From contig CAJWNC010000010.1 in the NCBI GenBank assembly GCA_913044205.1, positions 1,768 to 65,767 on the forward strand: a DNA stretch of 64,000 nt, in the 5' to 3' direction. Of the stretch, positions 28,900-36,538 are shown one piece after another. Origin of the DNA: an uncultured Salinicola sp. GTDB taxonomy: Bacteria > Pseudomonadota > Gammaproteobacteria > Pseudomonadales > Halomonadaceae. The translations under genes were made by a program, and so were the position numbers. The stretch's first letter is position 1, and every line of letters starts with the position of its first letter. Below the pieces are notes generated by a model. It searched no databases, was not told where the DNA came from, and saw only the letters and a list, made by a program, of their open reading frames with translations.

Positions 28900-29254
28900 T
28901 GCGATATCCGTTCCTTGATGACAGATCGGGATGGCGGTTCGTCGTCCTGCTGAGAGTATGGCAGAGTGTGACGAATTAGCATTGTACAAATGGTGTACAA
29001 GAAGAGATCTAAAAACAAGATTACTTCGAACCGATGGCGGTGCCGGCCATTCGCCGGCCCCTGACGAGCGATGGAGAGATCGGCCAATTACCGGCGTTGC
29101 TCGCCCCGCCGATCGCCGCAATGACCGGCAATTCTCGCAAATCGGTCAAACTGCATCCAAACTTGTACGGGCAGCGTATCGGTTGGAGGGCCTCGTTACG
29201 ATCTGGCGTCACGGCTGGTCGAGGAGCGAGCCATCATTAGGGAGGAAGTCGCCG

Positions 29255-30016
29255 ATGCGACACTCATCGACACGTATCTCGGCAGCGGCTCTCCGCCGGG
29301 TCGGATCCCTGCGCGGCTGGGTCGATATGGCGGCGGGCCTCGCGCTGGTCGCCCTGCTGACCGAGTGGGTGCACTGGGCATTCTCGGCGCCTTCGGGCCT
29401 GCGTTTCACGGCCGGCGGCATCTACGTGGCGATCGCCACGGCAGTGCTCTGGGCCTGGCCAGCCTCGCGGCAGGGCCTCGGCTGGGCCAACCGTGTCACG
29501 CTGCTGCGCGCAGCGCTGATCGCGATCGTTGCCGGCGTCGTGGTATATCCAGACTTCATCCAGCGCCATGCCGAGGGCATCGCGGCGCTATCGCTACTGG
29601 CGCTGGCACTCGATGGCATCGATGGTTGGGTGGCGCGGCGAACCGGGTCGTCCAGCGCCTTCGGGGCGCGGTTCGACATGGAGCTGGATGCGTTCTTCAT
29701 CGTCGTGCTGTGCATGGCGTTGATCGCCCTGGACAAGGTGGGTGCCTGGATCCTGCTCATCGGGCTGGCGCGGTATGCCTTCCTGGTAGCTGGCGTCTAC
29801 TCGCCGTGGCTCAATCGCTCCCTGCCCGAGAGCTATTTTCGCAAGACGGTCTGCGTCTGGCAGGTGTCGACGCTGATGGTCTGCCTGCTTCCCTTCGTCG
29901 AACCCTCATGGGCTACCGCTTTCACGCTCGTGGCGGCGGCGCTGCTGGTCCTCTCCTTTGGCCGGGACATCGTCTGGCTCTGGCGCCATCGACCCGTTGG
30001 CGACATCGAGCTCTGA
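29255..30016 (+). CDS. CDP-alcohol phosphatidyltransferase family membrane protein
   Basis: Full signature D-G-x2-A-R-x8-G-x3-D-x3-D present as DGWVARRTGSSSAFGARFDMELD; GGAGGAAG SD upstream of ATG 29255. Confidence 0.78.
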   Translation: MRHSSTRISAAALRRVGSLRGWVDMAAGLALVALLTEWVHWAFSAPSGLRFTAGGIYVAIATAVLWAWPASRQGLGWANRVTLLRAALIAIVAGVVVYPDFIQRHAEGIAALSLLALALDGIDGWVARRTGSSSAFGARFDMELDAFFIVVLCMALIALDKVGAWILLIGLARYAFLVAGVYSPWLNRSLPESYFRKTVCVWQVSTLMVCLLPFVEPSWATAFTLVAAALLVLSFGRDIVWLWRHRPVGDIEL

Positions 30017-30074
30017 GCGGCGTCGCTGTCTCTCCCGACCCCTGTTGGGTCGATTTTCCCGCAAGGAGGCTGTC

Positions 30075-30683
30075 ATGAGATCCGCCCGGTTGAACATCCT
30101 TCCCGCTCTGGTGCTGCTGGCGCTGGCATCGTCGCCGGCAAGTGCCGAGCCGCAGCGCTTCGAGATCGATCCCGAACACTTCTCCATCGCCTTCATGGTG
30201 GATCATCTGGGCTACGAAAACCTGCTCGGACAGTTCCTGGAGGGCGAGGGTACCTTCGTCTACGACCGTGAGACGCAAACGTTGGTCTCGGCGGAGGTCA
30301 CGATCCGGTCCGACAGCGTCTTCACCAACCTCGACGCTCGCGATGAACACCTGCGGGGGCGCGACTTTCTGGACGCGGACGAGCATCCGCGGATACATTT
30401 CGTTGCCACGGATTTCGAGCCGTCGTCTCCGACGACCGGTACGCTGAATGGCGAGCTCACGCTGCTGGGCCGTACCGAGCCGGTCACGCTGGACGTCACG
30501 TTGAACCAGGATGCGGTATATCCGCTCGGGCACGGGCAGCCCACGCTGGGACTGTCCATCCGGGGCGCTCTCGATCGCAGTGACTGGGGGATGGATTACG
30601 GCGTCGACAACGGGATGGTCGGCGACCATGTGACCCTGATCTTCGAATTGGAAGCGGTACAGCGGGAGACCCTTTCCAGATGA
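30075..30683 (+). CDS. YceI family periplasmic polyisoprenoid-binding protein
   Basis: Signal peptide MRSARLNILPALVLLALASSPASA, then FEIDPEHFSIAF...HLRG.DFLD typical of YceI; AAGGAGG SD. Confidence 0.85.
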   Translation: MRSARLNILPALVLLALASSPASAEPQRFEIDPEHFSIAFMVDHLGYENLLGQFLEGEGTFVYDRETQTLVSAEVTIRSDSVFTNLDARDEHLRGRDFLDADEHPRIHFVATDFEPSSPTTGTLNGELTLLGRTEPVTLDVTLNQDAVYPLGHGQPTLGLSIRGALDRSDWGMDYGVDNGMVGDHVTLIFELEAVQRETLSR

Positions 30684-30743
30684 GATGGCGGCTTCACGAG
30701 CACGAGCTCTTCATTACCGACCCAACCATTGTCAAGGATCGTC

Positions 30744-31766
30744 ATGGCGCAGGAAGCCTTCACCCTCGTTGGCGAGCGAATCGAACCCGGCACCCGCCGG
30801 CAGGTCGACGTTCCGGTGGCCAAGCTCTATACCCACGCGCCGATGCACATTCCGGTGGAGGTGGTGCACGGTCGCCAGCCTGGTCCGGTGTTGCTGGTCT
30901 GCGGCGCGATTCACGGCGACGAGCTCAATGGCGTCGAGATCGTCCGCCGGCTGCTGAGGTTGCCGAACCTGTCGCGACTGCGCGGGACGCTGATTGCCGT
31001 GCCCGTCGTCAATGTCTTCGGCTTCGTCCAGCAGTCGCGCTACCTGCCGGACCGGCGCGATCTCAATCGCTGCTTTCCGGGGAGTGAAGGCGGGTCGCTG
31101 GGCTCTCGCATCGCCGCACTGATGCGGGAAGAGATGGTCGACCGGGCCACCCACATCATCGACTTGCACACCGGCGCCATTCACCGCACCAATCTGCCCC
31201 AGATTCGCTCCCAACTGCGCCAGAACCGCGAGACCCAGGCCATGGCCGAGGCGTTCGGCGTGCCGGTGATCCTCAACGCGGAGCTGCGCGAGGGGAGCCT
31301 GCGCGAGTACGCGCAGAATCGTGGCGTTCCCGTGCTCACCTACGAGGCCGGCGAAGCGCTGCGCTTCGACGAGTGGGCGATCGCGCCGGGCGTGAGGGGA
31401 ATTCGGCGCGTGATGCGCCTGATCGGCATGCTGCCGGCCGACAACCGCCGGCGCATGCCGCCTCCCGCCGAAGTGGCCAACGGTTCGAGCTGGGCCAGGG
31501 CGCCGATCGATGGCATTCTGCGGCCGCGTGTCAGGCTGGGGGCGCGGGTCGCCAAGCATCAGTCGCTGGGGGTGGTGGCCGATCCCTTCGGCAACGACGA
31601 GGCGCCGGTGGTCGCCAGCGCCGATGGCATCGTCATCGGCATGAGCAACCTGCCGCTGGTCAACGAGGGCGAGGCGCTGTTCCACGTCGCCCGTTATCAG
31701 GAGATCGACGATGTCGAGAACGCGGTGGAGAGCTTCCAGTCGCGTTACGAGACGACCGGCTTCTAG
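30744..31766 (+). CDS. Succinylglutamate desuccinylase/aspartoacylase (AstE/AspA, M14-like) family protein
   Basis: LLVCGAIHGDELNGVEIV zinc-site motif and DLHTG; ATG 30744 preceded by AAGGA. Confidence 0.75.
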   Translation: MAQEAFTLVGERIEPGTRRQVDVPVAKLYTHAPMHIPVEVVHGRQPGPVLLVCGAIHGDELNGVEIVRRLLRLPNLSRLRGTLIAVPVVNVFGFVQQSRYLPDRRDLNRCFPGSEGGSLGSRIAALMREEMVDRATHIIDLHTGAIHRTNLPQIRSQLRQNRETQAMAEAFGVPVILNAELREGSLREYAQNRGVPVLTYEAGEALRFDEWAIAPGVRGIRRVMRLIGMLPADNRRRMPPPAEVANGSSWARAPIDGILRPRVRLGARVAKHQSLGVVADPFGNDEAPVVASADGIVIGMSNLPLVNEGEALFHVARYQEIDDVENAVESFQSRYETTGF

Positions 31767-32824
31767 ACGCGCTCTCGGACCGGTCCGGCCAGCCGGCTCT
31801 CGTCGACCAGGCCGATGGCGTCATCGTAGACGCTGATACCGGCGCCCTCCTTGTGGGCGCTTTCCGAGAGGTAGCGTCGGAAACGCCTGCCCCCGGCGCA
31901 GCCCTGGAACAGTCCCAGCAGATGCCGGGTGATGTGGTTGAGCTTGGCGCCCTCGGCCAGCCGTTCGATCACATAGGGACGAAACGCACGCGCGACGTCG
32001 TGGCGGCTAGCGGCAGGCGAGGGCTCGCCGTAAAGTGCACGATCGACATCGGCCAGCAGCCACGGGTTCTGGTAGGCCTCGCGACCGATCATCACGCTAT
32101 CCACGCCAGCATCGAGATGCGTCCTGCAGGCGTCCAGCGTGGTGATACCACCGTTGATACCGATATGCAGCTCGGGATGCTGCGTCTTGAGCCGGTAGAC
32201 GCGGGGATAGTTGAGCGGCGGGACGTCGCGATTCTCCTTGGGCGAGAGCCCCTGGAGCCAGGCCTTGCGGGCATGCACGATGAAGGTCTCGCAGCCGGCG
32301 CCGGCGACCCGATCGATGAAGCGTTCGAGATCGGCATCCTCGTCCTGGTCGTCGATACCGATGCGACATTTCACCGTGACGGGAATCGATACCGCGCGGC
32401 GCATGGCGGCGACGGCGTCGGCCACCTTGTCGGGGTGACCCATCAGGCAGGCGCCGATCAGGTTGTTCTGCACCCGATCGCTCGGGCAGCCCACGTTCAG
32501 GTTGACCTCATCGTAGCCCCACGCCTCGGCGATGGCCGCGCACTCCGCCAGTTCCCCGGGATCGCTGCCGCCCAATTGCAGTGCCAGCGGGTGTTCCATG
32601 GCGCCGTAGCCCAGAAAACGCTCCCGCGGCGAGCCATGCAGGATCGCGCCGGTGGTGACCATCTCGGTATACAGCAGTGCGCGGCGAGTCAGGCAGCGGG
32701 CGAAGGCCCGGTAGTCCCGGGTGGTCCAATCCATCATCGGGGCCACCGAAAATCGGCGGGCTCGATCTGCTGGGCTTTGTGTCGGTATATCAGTTAGTTG
32801 CGTCATGGCCTGCGGTGTAAACAT
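31763..32824 (-). CDS. dusA: tRNA-dihydrouridine(20/20a) synthase DusA
   Basis: RFSVAPMMDWTTRDYRAF..., NLNVGCP, TVKCRIGID motifs parallel E. coli DusA. Confidence 0.9.
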   Translation of the reverse strand: MFTPQAMTQLTDIPTQSPADRARRFSVAPMMDWTTRDYRAFARCLTRRALLYTEMVTTGAILHGSPRERFLGYGAMEHPLALQLGGSDPGELAECAAIAEAWGYDEVNLNVGCPSDRVQNNLIGACLMGHPDKVADAVAAMRRAVSIPVTVKCRIGIDDQDEDADLERFIDRVAGAGCETFIVHARKAWLQGLSPKENRDVPPLNYPRVYRLKTQHPELHIGINGGITTLDACRTHLDAGVDSVMIGREAYQNPWLLADVDRALYGEPSPAASRHDVARAFRPYVIERLAEGAKLNHITRHLLGLFQGCAGGRRFRRYLSESAHKEGAGISVYDDAIGLVDESRLAGPVRERV

Positions 32825-32927
32825 ACACTGGTTGATACCATCGAGTCCTGCCGATGACCCGGCTCACTGCACCGTGGTGTACCAGTTGGCCGGTCGAGCC
32901 TATTTCTCCTGGAAGAGGTGGTACACC

Positions 32928-33029
32928 ATGGCGACTTTTCGGCGGCGTGGCACGAGGTGGCGCGCCATTGTACGGAAGAAAGGGGATCCGTCACAGAGCC
33001 GTCCTCCTCGATGGCGTGCGTCGACATAG
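32928..33029 (+). pseudogene. Tyrosine-recombinase (phage integrase) N-terminal stub
   Basis: MATFRRRGTRWRAIVRKKGDPSQS matches the stereotyped integrase N-terminus (MA.IRKRG..W.A.VR.KG); the similarity ends after about 25 residues, with a stop at residue 33 and no continuation in other frames. Confidence 0.45.
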
Positions 33030-33224
33030 GTGAATTGGGCTCAAGGCTGTAGTCAAGCGAGACGCGGTGTTCAGGGAGCGTGGGTGTCGTCGTTCATCCC
33101 GGTGCCCGCCGAATCCTCCGCGTTCGAAGGATCCCCTGAGCGGAAGTTCATCGGATCATCACGGGCTTGACCTCAAGTTAAGTCGAGGAATTACGCTGCG
33201 CTCGTCTTCCAGAGGAGCTCCATC

Positions 33225-34097
33225 ATGTCAGCTATCGTTTCACTCTCTGACCGGCAGATGGCCTGCGTCGATCTAGCAGCCTATCTGAAGCGCATCGGGC
33301 TCTCGGGCGCCTTGCCCCCTACGCAGGAAACGCTGCGCTCCATCATTTCTCATCACATGGCCTCCATTCCATTCGAGGCCATCGATGTGCTGCTGGGGCG
33401 GGATATCTCGCTCGACCCGAAAGCCGTCGATGACAAGATGCTCCATCGCCAACGTGGAGGCTACTGTTTCGAACACACCAGCCTGCTGCAGCGTGTGTTG
33501 CAAGCCCTGGGATTCTCGGTTGAAACCCACTTGGCCCGGGTGTGGGTCGGCCACATGCCGGAAGGTCCCGCCCCGGCCGCTACGCATGCGTCCTTGAAGG
33601 TGGTGGTGGACGATGCCCTGTGGCTGGTGGACGTCGGCTTCGGCAGTTTCATGCCCAATGAGCCGCTCGCCTGGCAGCCGGATCTTCCTCAGCAACATGC
33701 CTACGGCGATTATCGGCTGCGTAAAACGATGAGCGGCTTCATGGTCGAGTCATACCATGATCACGCTTGGCAAGCCCTGTACGAAATTCTCGATTTCCCC
33801 TGCGAACCCATCGATTACCAGGTGGCCAACCACTACGTCTCCCGCTATCCGGACTCGCACTTTCGCAGTCGGTTGATGGTGGCTGTGACCACACCGGAGG
33901 CGCGTTACACGTTGGCGAGCAATCGTTTGAAGATCGCACGGGTAGAGGGCGGTATCGAAGAGCACCGCCTCACGGTCGAGGAGATGATCGATACCCTGGG
34001 CGGACGGTTCGGGTTGAACGTCGAGTCCTGCTGGATCCCCGTGCTGGAGCGCATCGTTGCTTCAGCGCAAGCCCAGGAAGAAGCCGCATCCTCGTGA
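33225..34097 (+). CDS. Arylamine N-acetyltransferase (NAT)
   Basis: Catalytic Cys motif RGGYCFEH, N-terminal LAAYLKRIGL, typical 290-aa length. Confidence 0.85.
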   Translation: MSAIVSLSDRQMACVDLAAYLKRIGLSGALPPTQETLRSIISHHMASIPFEAIDVLLGRDISLDPKAVDDKMLHRQRGGYCFEHTSLLQRVLQALGFSVETHLARVWVGHMPEGPAPAATHASLKVVVDDALWLVDVGFGSFMPNEPLAWQPDLPQQHAYGDYRLRKTMSGFMVESYHDHAWQALYEILDFPCEPIDYQVANHYVSRYPDSHFRSRLMVAVTTPEARYTLASNRLKIARVEGGIEEHRLTVEEMIDTLGGRFGLNVESCWIPVLERIVASAQAQEEAASS

Positions 34098-34332
34098 GCG
34101 GGGGGAAGAGTGCCTGCGACAGGAGTCGCCTCTGAACAGGCCATGACGCCGACAGCACAAGAGGTCACCGCCGGTATATCCGGCTGTCATGGCTTCATCT
34201 ATTGATCTCGACGATAGTCGCTTTCGAGGCTTTCGATTCGCATGCTAACTGTCTCGTTGCCATAATGACATCAACGGTCAAGGCCAAGAGGCCAACCGAA
34301 CAAACGAAAAATATGTCATTGGAGAACGAATC

Positions 34333-34701
34333 ATGAAAACCCGTATCCTTGCCGCCATCGCACTCGCCATCGCTCTGCCCGCTGCTGCTCAGGCCAACAG
34401 CGCCCAGGCCGAAGAGGCTTTTGCCAGCCAGCAGCAGGCGCTGAACGTACAGCAGACTTCCGAATTTCAGGCGCTGCCAACTCAATACCGTATCGATCCG
34501 GTCAATGGTGGCCACAGCGATGCGGCCGATCAGGCTCTGACTTATGTCTCAGCCAGCACCATGCGCGCCACCAGCATCTCGGCTGGTGACAGCAGCCTGA
34601 TTGGTGAAGGGCAGAGCGTGGCAGCTGCCCAGGCGTTGCAGAACGCTGGCCAGCCGTCCGGTCATGGCAATGTCGAAATGACTTTCGCCAGCATTGACTG
34701 A
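34333..34701 (+). CDS. Small secreted hypothetical protein
   Basis: Signal peptide MKTRILAAIALAIALPAAAQA; Q/A/S-rich 122-aa product; lower-GC context; GGAGAA SD; followed by a strong terminator. Confidence 0.5.
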   Translation: MKTRILAAIALAIALPAAAQANSAQAEEAFASQQQALNVQQTSEFQALPTQYRIDPVNGGHSDAADQALTYVSASTMRATSISAGDSSLIGEGQSVAAAQALQNAGQPSGHGNVEMTFASID

Positions 34702-34791
34702 GCTGGAAGCAAGATCGCAGTTATAGAATCTTCTGCCTTGCGCCTCGAGAGTCTGGGGCGCTTTTGAGAGACCTCCAGTCGTCTCCAACTT

Positions 34792-34822
34792 CCCCGGCCA
34801 CTCCCCCTGGCCGGGGTTTTTT
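34792..34822 (+). terminator. Rho-independent terminator
   Basis: CCCCGGCCA-ctccccc-TGGCCGGGG perfect 9-bp stem followed by TTTTTT. Confidence 0.7.
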
Positions 34823-35353
34823 ATGCGCCGCCGATCTATTGTCAATGAGTCATCGAGCTGTTTCGCGGCAGGTCCAATAGAGGGAACTGGGTTTCGATGG
34901 CCTGCGGGCGAAGGGCGAGCTACGGATCGGGACCTTGAGGCCGGTGCGACGCTTTCAGGCGTACGCCCGGGGAGTTCGGGCATCGAGCTCAAGTCATTGG
35001 GGGCGGTTGCCGATAGAAGAGGCACCAGACGGTCTGGGGCGAGGGTTCAGCGCCGGTAGCCGGGCGGATTTCGACGTCGATCGGGATCCGCTATCGCTTT
35101 GTGTCGCTTCCCTGCGACGACTTCGACCCGGTACATGTGGGGTTTCTCACCTTGTGCCACCGGGTCGCTTTTTCTCCGACACTCTATCCTGTCACGCCGA
35201 CCAGAAAGCGTTCGGCAGGCTCGTTGTCGTGATAGTGGTTCCGGCAGCCCACTGTGTCGCCTGGAGTGGCGACCCGGGGCGTCGTTCTGCAAAGTCGCAG
35301 CATGGCGAGCGGAGAGGAACGGCTACCTGCCATTGATAGAGTCTCGGAGATGA

Positions 35354-35440
35354 TGGTGCCCGGAGCCGGGCTCGAACCGGCACGGTGTCGCCACCGAGGG
35401 ATTTTAAGTCCCTTGCGTCTACCAATTTCGCCATCCGGGC
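35354..35440 (-). tRNA. leuZ: tRNA-Leu (anticodon TAA)
   Basis: Reverse complement folds as GCCCGGA acceptor, anticodon arm AGGGA-CTTAAAA-TCCCT, long variable arm, GGTTCGAGCC T-arm, CCA encoded. Confidence 0.92.
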
Positions 35441-35539
35441 CGGACGCATTCGGTCAGTTTTCCGGGGGGCCTGTTCGCAGGACAGGGCGCCGGTGACCAG
35501 GAGAGCGACGAATCATGAAGACTCGACGCCGAGAAGAAG

Positions 35540-35613
35540 TGGAGGCTGGAGTCGGAATCGAACCGGCGTACACGGAGTTGCAGTCCGCTGCATAACCACT
35601 CTGCCATCCAGCC
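35540..35613 (-). tRNA. cysT: tRNA-Cys (anticodon GCA)
   Basis: Reverse complement GGCTGGA...GCGGA-CTGCAAC-TCCGT...GGTTCGATTCC...TCCAGCC-T-CCA; one C:A mismatch in the T-stem. Confidence 0.85.
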
Positions 35614-35698
35614 TTTCATCGATTCACTGCAGATATGTCTCCCGAACTGTCATTACCATGACAATTCGCGTCGAATCGGCAGGATCGAGATTCGTGTC

Positions 35699-35765
35699 TG
35701 GAGCGGGAAAGGAGATCGATGGGGCGGCCATCCGTCGGGCTGGCGTTCCAGCTCCCGACCCTCGC
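35699..35765 (-). pseudogene. Disrupted tRNA-Gly copy (3-prime acceptor/T-arm fragment, about 35-nt unrelated insert, 14-nt internal fragment)
   Basis: 35694-35716 is identical to 35786-35808 (GTGTC flank plus TGGAGCGGGAAAGGAGAT); CTCCCGACCCTCGC at 35752-35765 equals 35814-35827 of the intact gene. Confidence 0.6.
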
Positions 35766-35790
35766 TTACCGTTTCCTTGCACTGTGTGTC

Positions 35791-35865
35791 TGGAGCGGGA
35801 AAGGAGATTCGAACTCCCGACCCTCGCCTTGGCAAGGCGATGCTCTACCACTGAGCTATTCCCGC
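35791..35865 (-). tRNA. glyW: tRNA-Gly (anticodon GCC)
   Basis: Reverse complement GCGGGAATAGCTCAGTGGTAGAGC-A-TCGCC-TTGCCAA-GGCGA...GGGAGTTCGAATCTCCT-TTCCCGC-T-CCA. Confidence 0.93.
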
Positions 35866-35928
35866 TGAACACGCCGTCGCATTATAAGGATAAGTGCGTA
35901 CCTGTCAAACGCTTATGCCACTTTTCGC

Positions 35929-36477
35929 TCACAGCGAGCGGGTGAGTTCCGGCCAGGCCGCCCTGAGATACTGGATCATCGACCACAGTGTCAGACAGGC
36001 CGCTGCATAGAGTAGCACGATGCCGATGTTGGCAATCGGGGAGAGCGGCGGAAAGCCCAGGAGCAGCAGTAGGGAGACCATCTGCAAGGTGGTCTTCGAC
36101 TTGCCGATCCAGGAGACCGCGACTTGCTTTCGCTGCCCGATTTCCGCCATCCATTCGCGCAGCGCGGAGATCACGATCTCGCGGCCGATGATGACCAGCG
36201 CCGGCAGCGTCAGCCAGAACGCCTCGTAACGTTCGACCAGTAGCGCCAGCGCGACGGCGACCATGACCTTGTCCGCGACGGGATCCAGAAACGCGCCGAA
36301 TGGCGTGCTCTGGTCCCAGCGCCTGGCCAGGTAGCCGTCCAGCCAGTCGGTGACGGCCGCCAGCCCGAACAGGGCGGCCGTCACCAACAGGCTCCAGGCG
36401 TAGGGCAAGTAGAACAGCACCACCAGGAGCGGGATGAACACGATTCTTGCCAGGGTGAGCATATTGGGAATGTTCAT
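35929..36477 (-). CDS. pgsA: CDP-diacylglycerol--glycerol-3-phosphate 3-phosphatidyltransferase
   Basis: [12 protein letters not shown]..., [27 protein letters not shown] signature; conserved uvrC-pgsA-tRNA synteny. Confidence 0.92.
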   Translation of the reverse strand: MNIPNMLTLARIVFIPLLVVLFYLPYAWSLLVTAALFGLAAVTDWLDGYLARRWDQSTPFGAFLDPVADKVMVAVALALLVERYEAFWLTLPALVIIGREIVISALREWMAEIGQRKQVAVSWIGKSKTTLQMVSLLLLLGFPPLSPIANIGIVLLYAAACLTLWSMIQYLRAAWPELTRSL

Positions 36478-36538
36478 CGTGCCGCTAGCGTCCTTACTGG
36501 GAGATGAGAGTCGGGCATTTTACGCCTGCTGCGTGCGC

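Noticed and set aside
34549-35336. ORFs of 80-158 aa in the gap between the small secreted protein gene and tRNA-Leu
   Set aside because: They have no SD, no recognisable similarity and mutually overlapping frames. I treat this as decayed non-coding island sequence, though a degraded gene fragment cannot be excluded without a translated database search.
35385-35945. 186-aa ORF and other small ORFs spanning the tRNA Leu/Cys/Gly array
   Set aside because: They overlap three well-folding tRNA genes and the spacer, and there is no coding signal.
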